This document shows positions 51,939 through 60,179 of a DNA stretch of 64,000 nucleotides, piece by piece. Below the pieces are notes generated by a model. That model made no database searches, had not been told where the DNA came from, and saw only the letters and a list, made by a program, of their open reading frames with translations. The position numbers were made by a program, and so were the translations under genes. The first letter of the stretch is position 1. The number at the start of each line of letters is the position of its first letter. The DNA lies in the IMG/VR virus record IMGVR_UViG_3300034161_000018, positions 32,001 through 96,000 of that record. One strand, given 5' to 3'. This stretch comes from a virus. Taxonomy: Duplodnaviria; Caudoviricetes.

Positions 51939-52406
51939 TTACTCCGTTGTTTTACGTTCGGCAATATCGACTTCTTGAACAGAGTCGAACTCGAAAGATA
52001 CAAAGCGTTGCACAACTTGCCCGCTGCTTGCTTCCAGTGCGATTACGGTATTCAGGAATTCTAATTCCGAAAACACGGTATGGCGCACAGGTTCGCCGGA
52101 TTGGTTGTATTGCTGAATGGTCAGCGAACCAAAGTTGTCGTTGAATGCTGCAAACGTGTCGAGGTATTTTTGGTCGCCCAACTGGTCATAGAAACCGAGA
52201 GTAACGCGACCTTTTTTACCTTTTGGCATTTGCACTTGATCGACGCGCACCAATGCCATACGCACAGTGTCGAAGTTTTCCAAACTGTCCAGAAACGCAT
52301 CAGGCAGCGGAAACTTTTCGGAACCGCCCAGTGCGTGCAGATCGAAGTTGTCATTCAACAGCGGGTCTGGCATTGCCAAAACTTCGGCCAATGTGATTTG
52401 CGACAT
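51939..52406 (-). CDS. tail-tube-like paralog located in the head module
   Basis: MSQITLAEVLAMPDPLLNDNFDL vs tube MSKVTLTEVLGINDPMLNDNFEL. Confidence 0.7.
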   Translation of the reverse strand: MSQITLAEVLAMPDPLLNDNFDLHALGGSEKFPLPDAFLDSLENFDTVRMALVRVDQVQMPKGKKGRVTLGFYDQLGDQKYLDTFAAFNDNFGSLTIQQYNQSGEPVRHTVFSELEFLNTVIALEASSGQVVQRFVSFEFDSVQEVDIAERKTTE

Positions 52407-52417
52407 TTCGGTTTCCT

Positions 52418-53242
52418 TTAGCGAATCATCAGGGCGCGGGGATCAATCAAATGATCGCCGATTGCAGAAACATACGACGGGTCGCCGTAACCTTCGGTGT
52501 AACCGTTAACGCCGGAACGTTTGCCTTTATTCACCAACAGGCTCAATTCAAAACCTGTAATGTCGTGGCAGATGCGATAACACAAACGACCATCACCCAT
52601 TTGGCGGGTTGGTTGTTGTGGTTTGGTATGCGCGCACGGTTTACCAATTCCGCGACCGGCAGTGTGTCCGCAAATCGAACAGGTGTAGGAAGTGAAATAC
52701 ATTCCCATACTGTACGTGTTTAATTCGCGGTCGATCACGCGCTGAATCAATGCAGGATCGCGAGTGCGGTCAAGCGCTGCCAGTTTTACCAGTTTCACTT
52801 TATTTGGGAAACCGGGAATCGGGCGCAGATACGTGTCGAGAATAATCCCGCGAATCCATTCCGGTTTGTGTTGGTGTTCAACATACATCGGTTTGCCGCA
52901 CCACGTTTTGTACGCGAGGTGGCCTTGTTCCGTGTTGAACTTTGTGAGGTCTTTCAAACCAACCGAATCGCCGTTGGTGTTTGGCACGCCGGAAATCATC
53001 GACGGCACTGGAACCAGAATGTAGTCCCGAATGTCTTTCGACAATTTGTATTCTTCGGCAGCCTGACCGAGCCAAATGTTTGCATCGAGTGTGCGCCCTT
53101 CGCCGCCACTCTGTTCGTCAGTAAGATCGACGGAGCCGTTTTTGTTAACGTGCAATCCGTGCATTTCGGTAACGGTGCCGCCGGTCAATGCCGTGCCAGC
53201 AGGCGTTCCCACGGAAAACGAAAGAGACAATTCTTTTTTCAT
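52418..53242 (-). CDS. prohead (capsid maturation) protease with an inserted Zn ribbon
   Basis: PNTNGD, KP.YVEHQH (catalytic His), SMG (catalytic Ser), CSICGH...C.H insert, FELS. Confidence 0.75.
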   Translation of the reverse strand: MKKELSLSFSVGTPAGTALTGGTVTEMHGLHVNKNGSVDLTDEQSGGEGRTLDANIWLGQAAEEYKLSKDIRDYILVPVPSMISGVPNTNGDSVGLKDLTKFNTEQGHLAYKTWCGKPMYVEHQHKPEWIRGIILDTYLRPIPGFPNKVKLVKLAALDRTRDPALIQRVIDRELNTYSMGMYFTSYTCSICGHTAGRGIGKPCAHTKPQQPTRQMGDGRLCYRICHDITGFELSLLVNKGKRSGVNGYTEGYGDPSYVSAIGDHLIDPRALMIR

Positions 53243-53586
53243 TCTGAACCTGCATCGTAATTAGTGCGAATCCACTGGCGCGCAGTGGACATATCCAACG
53301 CTTTCGGATTCACCAACATTGTGTATCCTGAATCGTCGGTTTCAACGTGCGGTTCTGAATCGTGCGGTTTGTCGTGATGTTCAAACGGACTGAAATGCGA
53401 ATGCAGCAAACGCGCTTTCCAAATCGCCAAACCTTGATTGCGACCAGAACTGGCTTCTTGATCCATCTGCGAAGTATCGGCAGCAACCATGCCAATCTTT
53501 TTATCGCCGTCAAGTACCCACAAAACAGAACGTTTCGCCATAGGTAAATGACGTTCATCTGGATCACAGCGGAACGTCAAAGACAT
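53239..53586 (-). CDS. hypothetical protein
   Basis: 115-aa ORF coupled at both ends. Confidence 0.75.
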   Translation of the reverse strand: MSLTFRCDPDERHLPMAKRSVLWVLDGDKKIGMVAADTSQMDQEASSGRNQGLAIWKARLLHSHFSPFEHHDKPHDSEPHVETDDSGYTMLVNPKALDMSTARQWIRTNYDAGSE

Positions 53587-55215
53587 TTATTGTGCCTCGG
53601 TAATCATGAATTGAATTTCTTCACGGTCAAAGCGAACGCCCAGCGTTACCAAACCGCGATCCGTTGCAAAGTGGAAACACTTCTGCCCGTTTTCAATTTC
53701 GATTTCGGGCGCCACGTTACAAACGCGCTCAGTGATTTCCGCCAGTTCTTCGATGTTGACGCGGAACGTTCCGTAGAACATTGCGCCCGGTACGCCAGAC
53801 AACCGGCCTTCCGCAAGTTTTGCAACCGCGTTGAAAACATCCACTGCCAAATCGGAAGCATCGACACTGTTTGCTTTACCAAACATCTTGCCGCTCAGGT
53901 CATTCAGTTCTTCCGGGCTTTGATATTTCAAAACATCGGAAAGCTGATCGAGAATGGTGTTGATTGTTTTGGTATGCTGGTCGCTGAGTTGGAACGGTTC
54001 TTTCGACGCAGCCGTTGTAAACTCGGCGTCTTCCGAATCTTCCTCAGTCCAGTGTTTTTGCTTTTTCGGTTTGCGTGGCTGTACTTCTTTGGACTTGCCG
54101 CCTTTCGCTTTCTTGCGGCCTTCTTTAGCAAAATCTTCTGCGCTGATTTGATCGGATTCTTGATCGTCTTCGTCCGGGGCTTTGTTCCAACCCTTTTCGT
54201 CGTCCCACTCGAAACCCTGTTCGCGCATTTTTTCTTGGTGAATCTTGTTGCCGAGACGGTCAGTGCCGAGCAAAGCTTTTTTACCAACTTTGTCATTGGC
54301 ACCGGGCGTTACGTCTTTTTCGTCGCCGTAGGCCATGCCGTCTTCTTTGTTTTTCTTCTGCTTTTCTTTGTCGTGCATCCACACGTCCCAAAGAATTCGC
54401 GCACTCACAACCGCCAACGGAGCGGCGCCCATTGTCAGAGCCAAAACAGAAGTGCCGAGCAATGCAGCAATTGCCACTTGCGTCAGCACTCGTTTACCGG
54501 CCTGCATATCTTTCGGTTTGAGTTTCCGCGCACCTTGAAAAACCTTGTCCATCGCAGTGAGGCCACGATTAAACAATTGCGGGTGTTCCTGCACACGCTG
54601 ACCAACCACGTCAATGATTTGATTGCGGTTGTTGTCAATGTCACGACTGGCCGTTTGCAGTTGGTGCGGTTTGATATGCTGTAAAGCTTTGATACTGTGC
54701 GGGTTGATTACCGCTGCACTATCGCGATTGATTTCCGCGATTTGTTTTTTCACCGCGCTGTCCTCATGCAGACGAACAGCTTTCACTTCTTTTTCATTCG
54801 GTGCGTGCGGGTCGATAACCGAAAGCGATTTACCCGGCAGTTTGTGCCGATGCAGAACAGGATAGTTTTCACCATCCTTTTTCTTTTGCTGGTCTTCCTT
54901 TTTCTGGATTACAGCAGGCAGCGTATTCGCTTTTTCGTCTTTCTCTTTATCGTCCCGCTTGTGGTACGGCGTCGGGCGCGGATCGGCTTCAAGATGTTCT
55001 TCACCTTTGGCCGGTTTCTCGCTTTTGCTTTCTTTGCCGCTGGACGCCTTGTCGCCTTTTTTCAGATTACTGCCCGCTTTCTCCAGCAGGAAGCGGTGAC
55101 TCGATTTCGGGAACTGTTCCAGATAAGAGTGCTGGCCCTTCTTCGACAGTGCCAGAAATTCCTTCTTGCTCAACTTCTTGTTCTTGGCCGGAGCCAGCGC
55201 GAGAGCTACGAACAT
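53587..55215 (-). CDS. large Lys/Glu-rich protein with a central hydrophobic helix (putative virion/internal protein)
   Basis: 543-aa ORF; VAIAALLGTSVLALTMGAAPLAVVSA segment; head-module context. Confidence 0.65.
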   Translation of the reverse strand: MFVALALAPAKNKKLSKKEFLALSKKGQHSYLEQFPKSSHRFLLEKAGSNLKKGDKASSGKESKSEKPAKGEEHLEADPRPTPYHKRDDKEKDEKANTLPAVIQKKEDQQKKKDGENYPVLHRHKLPGKSLSVIDPHAPNEKEVKAVRLHEDSAVKKQIAEINRDSAAVINPHSIKALQHIKPHQLQTASRDIDNNRNQIIDVVGQRVQEHPQLFNRGLTAMDKVFQGARKLKPKDMQAGKRVLTQVAIAALLGTSVLALTMGAAPLAVVSARILWDVWMHDKEKQKKNKEDGMAYGDEKDVTPGANDKVGKKALLGTDRLGNKIHQEKMREQGFEWDDEKGWNKAPDEDDQESDQISAEDFAKEGRKKAKGGKSKEVQPRKPKKQKHWTEEDSEDAEFTTAASKEPFQLSDQHTKTINTILDQLSDVLKYQSPEELNDLSGKMFGKANSVDASDLAVDVFNAVAKLAEGRLSGVPGAMFYGTFRVNIEELAEITERVCNVAPEIEIENGQKCFHFATDRGLVTLGVRFDREEIQFMITEAQ

Positions 55216-56275
55216 GAACACCCACCTTTAATGCGTCGTTTAACAGGGACTCAGGAATTTCCCCGGTACATTTCGACAATGCGATTTGGAGATTTTCTTC
55301 GCCAGTTTTTTGTAGCCCGAGTCGCATGTACGCCACAGCCAGCAAATGATACGGCCAGTAGCTGTAATGCTCGTCTTTGAAAACCATAGGCACGTCTGGT
55401 TTTTCGGTAATCCGCAACGCACCACGCAGCATCCCGATGCACTGTTCGTACTCGCCGGTTTCAAAATACAGAAACGCAAGTTCACAGTACGGTTCGCGGG
55501 CTTCGGGGAATTCGTAGATGGCACGGAGTAGAGCGCGTTCGCAGGATTCCAGTTGATTCATTTTGCTCGCAATGTGTGCGATGAACCGGAAACTTTCAGA
55601 ACGGAATTGCGCATATGGTTCAACGTCCACATGCTTGAGGAAAATGTCGGTCGCCATTCCGTACTGTTCGCAGTACATCAGTTCGCGAGCGAAGTATTGC
55701 ATGGAACGTGGGTCTTTCGGATTTTCTTCGTAACCGATGCGGAGCAAATCCAAATAGTGGCCCGCACGTTTTGGTTCACTCGGCAAATGCACAACCGTAA
55801 CCGGCAACGTGTGGTGAATGTCGAAACCTTCCCGCGCAGGCATCAGGATTTCATGCGCTGGATAAGTCCAATAGAAACCACGGCGTTTGTGAATTGCGAA
55901 ACGTGGATAACTACACGTCACGTTCCCGCCTTTATCAAACGAGAAAATCAACGTGTAGTTTGCCGCGTCACCAGTGAAACCGTTTAGCTGTTCACGCCAA
56001 CCGTCAATCAGAATTTCGTCGAAATCGAGGGAAACGCAAAGATCGTAATCCAGCGGGATCAAATCCATTGCCGAATTACGTGCGCTGTCGAAACGGAATT
56101 CTTTGTGTACCGGCCAGATGGTTACGTTGGCGCCGCCTTCCCGCAAAAGTTCTACGGTGTTATCGGTGCTGCCAGTGTCCAGAACGAAAATTCCGTCCGC
56201 GTCTTTCACGGTGTTCAACCAGCGCTTGACGTTGTTTGCTTCGTTTTTGGCAATGGCGTAAACAGCTACTTTCAT
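55067..56275 (-). CDS. family-2 glycosyltransferase with C-terminal TPR repeats
   Basis: VAVYAIAKNEA, VLDTGSTDNT, FRFD.ARN, SLDFDE (DXD), W.YPAHE; helical repeats DPR..Y.AREL, REPY..LA..Y. Confidence 0.9.
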   Translation of the reverse strand: MKVAVYAIAKNEANNVKRWLNTVKDADGIFVLDTGSTDNTVELLREGGANVTIWPVHKEFRFDSARNSAMDLIPLDYDLCVSLDFDEILIDGWREQLNGFTGDAANYTLIFSFDKGGNVTCSYPRFAIHKRRGFYWTYPAHEILMPAREGFDIHHTLPVTVVHLPSEPKRAGHYLDLLRIGYEENPKDPRSMQYFARELMYCEQYGMATDIFLKHVDVEPYAQFRSESFRFIAHIASKMNQLESCERALLRAIYEFPEAREPYCELAFLYFETGEYEQCIGMLRGALRITEKPDVPMVFKDEHYSYWPYHLLAVAYMRLGLQKTGEENLQIALSKCTGEIPESLLNDALKVGVHVRSSRAGSGQEQEVEQEGISGTVEEGPALLSGTVPEIESPLPAGESGQ

Positions 56276-56290
56276 TTTATTGCTCCACGT

Positions 56291-56611
56291 TTACGCAGCT
56301 ACAGGTTTGACCTTGGCTACGCAATCAATGACGGTTTCAATAATGGCAAACGCACCTTCCGGAGTTTTCGCGACCTGCATATCAGTAGGCCACTCCACTC
56401 GATCAAAGTGCGAATCCGCTTTTACTTCTGCGATTTTCCAGCGCTCCCCTACAGCGCTGAGAGTTACAACGACAACCCCGAGTCGGTCGAAAATCACAAC
56501 CGACATTCTTTGCGGCAGGCCGTGTTTTGCGTCGTGTTCGGCCACCGTAATGTTGAGCGTGCCGGAGCGCACTCGGTCTAAACCTTGAACAAGTTCAATT
56601 ACTTCGGGCAT
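56291..56611 (-). CDS. hypothetical protein
   Basis: 106-aa ORF. Confidence 0.7.
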   Translation of the reverse strand: MPEVIELVQGLDRVRSGTLNITVAEHDAKHGLPQRMSVVIFDRLGVVVVTLSAVGERWKIAEVKADSHFDRVEWPTDMQVAKTPEGAFAIIETVIDCVAKVKPVAA

Positions 56612-56976
56612 TGATCGGCCTCGTAAATTGCAATTGCAACACGGGTAATCAGGTTCATCGCATCGAGTTCAGTGCGCGGCACGAAATACGGGAAACTTGG
56701 GAAAGCATTTCCGTATGCGTGGTGCGGGCTGACTTGTACAGCGTAGCGTTTTGCCTTTTCAACTTCTTTCAAGCTGATCCCAACGGAACCGCGCTTTCCG
56801 AAAATCGTCACACCGATACGTTGGTTGCCTTCGGTGAGGGACAAACGCAATTTACCGGCGGCGAAAACAGGCGCCAGATTCAGGCGGCTCTCGAAAGAAA
56901 CATTTTCTTCACCTGCAACCATGTTGGCAACGGTTTCAGCGATGGGAGTTTCTTGGACGACTAATGCTTCGGACAT
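56599..56976 (-). CDS. hypothetical protein
   Basis: 125-aa ORF directly after the ligase stop. Confidence 0.75.
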   Translation of the reverse strand: MSEALVVQETPIAETVANMVAGEENVSFESRLNLAPVFAAGKLRLSLTEGNQRIGVTIFGKRGSVGISLKEVEKAKRYAVQVSPHHAYGNAFPSFPYFVPRTELDAMNLITRVAIAIYEADQCPK

Positions 56977-58944
56977 TTACTGCACCTTGTATTTTCGCTT
57001 GAACTTCTCAAGCGTTAAGATTGGGATTTTCTTAACGTCAGCAATTTCCGTTTTGTTGTTGCTGACGCCTTCTTCTTTAATGATTAGCAGAGTTGCTTGG
57101 TTGACTGTGGAAGCTATTTTGCCACCTTGTTGCACAATCCACTTCTGCAAGGCTGCATCACGAACAGAAGTAAACAATACGGCTTGACCTTTCATGGCTG
57201 CGCCGACAACCGCTTCCTTCTTCGTTTCTACAAGTTCGATTCCATTGCGTTCAAGGAATTCGACAAAGGTTTTCAAGTTCGTAGCGATTTGTTTTGCCAG
57301 TTCCTTGAAACCTCTAACGCCGCGAATAGCTTGCTCCAAATCCCTTTCTGGTAAATTAACCCGGTCGAGAATATCTGGAATGGATTCTTCAATTGCGGCC
57401 AATCGGGAAGCCCCGATCTTATCACCGAAAGCAGCGCTGCCTTCTGCGACTTTGCCGAACGTCATGTTTGCTTTCGCTTTATCCAAAGCTGCCACAAGTG
57501 CGGTGGCGCTGGTGCGCTGGAAACCTTCCAGTTGCAGCAAACGTGAAACTTTGACATTGAGAATCTTTTTAACGGTGTCGATCTTGGCGTCCACCAGTTT
57601 CTGGATCGTGCCTTGTTTCAGGCCGTCAACTTCCAGAACGGTGAAGAAGTGCGTCAGTTCTTTCACAACGCGGAGATTGGTTTTGCCAACTACTTTGTCA
57701 TGCACAACGCGCAAATGCACGCCGTCAACAGTGTACGCACCATCTGGTTTCGATGGAGTTTTTGCAGCTTTCTCCACCGCCATGATGTACGGAATAACGT
57801 CGCCGGAACGGATCACCCGAATGGTCGCGCCTTTGTTGATTGGGCGAGGTTCATACGGGATTTGTTTTTTCTTCACCAGTTCCTGTTTGTAACCGTGCTC
57901 GATGTAGAAGTTGTTGTGGCCGGTAAACCATTCGACCATTACGCCACCGATCAAAGTCGGTTCGATCATGATGCGCGGAATCCAGCGACCGTGGCGGCTT
58001 TCTTCCCAAACAACATCTTTCACTTTCACCAACAGCGACGATTCTAGACTGTTGATCTTGAAAGCGTAGGCGTGTGTCGGATTTCCCGACTGCACAACTT
58101 TGTACGGAATGTCGCGAGCAACCACGATTCCGTCAATGTCACGTTTCGCCCCACCGCCTTTGCGCAGATTGTGCAATTGCGTAAGTTTTGCTTCGGTGAG
58201 TTCCGGATACGATTTCCACGGCACAACCATAAACCCAAGCTGTTTCGCGTAGGTCAATTGCTGGCTGATTGGTTTGCCAGCTTTGCTGCCCATGAGGATT
58301 TCGTAAACGACGAATTTGTATCGCGTGATATGCTCGCTCGGTTGGTTACGATTGAGCAGGCCACCGCCGTGATTTCGCGAGGTCGCAAATTCTTCGGCGT
58401 AGTATTTTTGGAATATGGCTTTGTCAGCAGTGAATTCACCACGGACGATAAACTCGCCTTTTTCCGAAATGCGTTGTGGAATGCGCAGCGCGTCCAGCAC
58501 ACCGGAAACGTCTTTACCAATCTTGCCATCGCCGCGAGTAAATGCACGCTGCGGAATGCCATTGGAATAAACGAGTTCCAGACTGATGCCGTCTTCTTTG
58601 TCGCTCACAACGTATGGGCCACCGGCACTCAGGAAAATCGAAATCTGAGTCGCGCCCGGTTTCAGTTTATTGAGACTGCCCATCGGAACAGGGAGCAGGA
58701 CTTTCCCGCCCCCTTTCACTGGCGCACCGATTTTTGGAACTTCACCGCCAGTCATGCCATAACGAGCGGTGTAGTTTTCGGACATAATGTCGTAGGCTTC
58801 ATCGGAAACCGGCGACTCGCCATCGTCGTGATAAGCATCATCCAAACCGTTGAGCAAGTTTTTCAACGCAATCTTTTTCAACCCTTTCGCATAGGCCAAC
58901 GGATCGCGGTGAATCAAACGCAAAGTCTGCTTATCAATTTTCAT
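56977..58944 (-). CDS. ligA: NAD-dependent DNA ligase
   Basis: Domain Ia (AYH...SPVSDEAYD), PMGSLNK, KEDG motif I, TRGDG..G.DVS, VRGE, RN..GG, DIDGIVV, AFK, IRSGDVIP, HhH repeats, C-terminal BRCT-like domain. Confidence 0.95.
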   Translation of the reverse strand: MKIDKQTLRLIHRDPLAYAKGLKKIALKNLLNGLDDAYHDDGESPVSDEAYDIMSENYTARYGMTGGEVPKIGAPVKGGGKVLLPVPMGSLNKLKPGATQISIFLSAGGPYVVSDKEDGISLELVYSNGIPQRAFTRGDGKIGKDVSGVLDALRIPQRISEKGEFIVRGEFTADKAIFQKYYAEEFATSRNHGGGLLNRNQPSEHITRYKFVVYEILMGSKAGKPISQQLTYAKQLGFMVVPWKSYPELTEAKLTQLHNLRKGGGAKRDIDGIVVARDIPYKVVQSGNPTHAYAFKINSLESSLLVKVKDVVWEESRHGRWIPRIMIEPTLIGGVMVEWFTGHNNFYIEHGYKQELVKKKQIPYEPRPINKGATIRVIRSGDVIPYIMAVEKAAKTPSKPDGAYTVDGVHLRVVHDKVVGKTNLRVVKELTHFFTVLEVDGLKQGTIQKLVDAKIDTVKKILNVKVSRLLQLEGFQRTSATALVAALDKAKANMTFGKVAEGSAAFGDKIGASRLAAIEESIPDILDRVNLPERDLEQAIRGVRGFKELAKQIATNLKTFVEFLERNGIELVETKKEAVVGAAMKGQAVLFTSVRDAALQKWIVQQGGKIASTVNQATLLIIKEEGVSNNKTEIADVKKIPILTLEKFKRKYKVQ

Positions 58945-58949
58945 GAACC

Positions 58950-60179
58950 CTACCTATTCATGCGTCGTTCTGCACGGCGCTTAATGTTTTGTAGTTCGTC
59001 TTCTTTGACACGGCCAATGAGTTTTACACCACCCGGAAGTTTGCGCACGTCGATACCCGACGGAATCGCCTGCTTACGAATATCCCCAGTGTCCATGTCG
59101 TACAGGTACAGCATATCCGAAACTTCCATTTCTTCAATCGCTGCGACGGTGAGCTTCTTGCCGTTGGCAAGTTGCAGGATCATCCCTTCCTCGACATATT
59201 CAATGTCGTCATCCTCTGTATTTACATTTTCCGCCGAATCGTCTTCTTCCGATTCATCATCGGTTTCCGCTTCGTCTTCGTCGGTGTCTTCCTCGAATTC
59301 GTCGAAGTCGTCATCGTCTTCTTCAAAATCGTCATCGTCGTCATCATCCTCGTATTCAAAATCAGAAACGAGGTCTTTGTGTTGATTGAGGAAGTTTTTG
59401 CCGCGCTTGGCTTGCTTGTCCAGCTTGTCTTCGTCATCTTCGTCGTCGTCTTCCCATTCCAAAACCTTTTCCGGTTTCGGTTTAGAAATACGCGAACGCT
59501 TCGGCAGCAAATGCGCAATGTCTTGCAGCACAGTGATACCGACTTGCTGGCGCGCACTTGGCAAAATGGTTGCGCCGCTAGTGATGTTTTCGTAAGTTGC
59601 TTCGCTGATGTTTACGCGTTCGCCACTTGGCAGAATCACGAAACCGCCACGCGCCGGAGTCCAGAAACGAACACCGACAATATCGCCTTTCTTCAATGGC
59701 GTGCGGGTTTTCTTGTGGTGCATTGTGGAAATCGGGATTGGCCCGTTCATCACTTCGCGCCACTGATAATCCGCTTTGTCGTACTGGCCTTCTTCCTTCG
59801 GCAGTTTTTCCGGTTTGTATTTCAGCGCGGTTTGTTTATCGTGAACGTCCGCACCTTTGATCTTCACGCGAGCATGACGCTGCCCGGTTTTTTCCGGTTT
59901 GATCGGAACACCCTTGTACTCTTTGAAATGCTTCATAGCCTTTTCAATGACTTCGGGTTTGATCGAACGGAAAATCAGATGCGGATATTTCGCGAGCACG
60001 ATTTGATAGCGACCGGCAGTTGGGCCGGAAACGGTTTTCTTCAAACCAATCAAATCGTCCTTGGCGACTTTCATAATGTGTTGATTGTTACCGGGATCGA
60101 ATTTGAATTCCGGCCCCGAGTTGGAGTACCACTGGAATTGCTCGAAATCGGCAGGCGCTGCCGCGATGGCGATAATCAT
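58950..60179 (-). CDS. hypothetical protein with a long acidic tract
   Basis: 409 aa; basic N-half, poly-D/E tract, small C-terminal barrel. Confidence 0.75.
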   Translation of the reverse strand: MIIAIAAAPADFEQFQWYSNSGPEFKFDPGNNQHIMKVAKDDLIGLKKTVSGPTAGRYQIVLAKYPHLIFRSIKPEVIEKAMKHFKEYKGVPIKPEKTGQRHARVKIKGADVHDKQTALKYKPEKLPKEEGQYDKADYQWREVMNGPIPISTMHHKKTRTPLKKGDIVGVRFWTPARGGFVILPSGERVNISEATYENITSGATILPSARQQVGITVLQDIAHLLPKRSRISKPKPEKVLEWEDDDEDDEDKLDKQAKRGKNFLNQHKDLVSDFEYEDDDDDDDFEEDDDDFDEFEEDTDEDEAETDDESEEDDSAENVNTEDDDIEYVEEGMILQLANGKKLTVAAIEEMEVSDMLYLYDMDTGDIRKQAIPSGIDVRKLPGGVKLIGRVKEDELQNIKRRAERRMNR

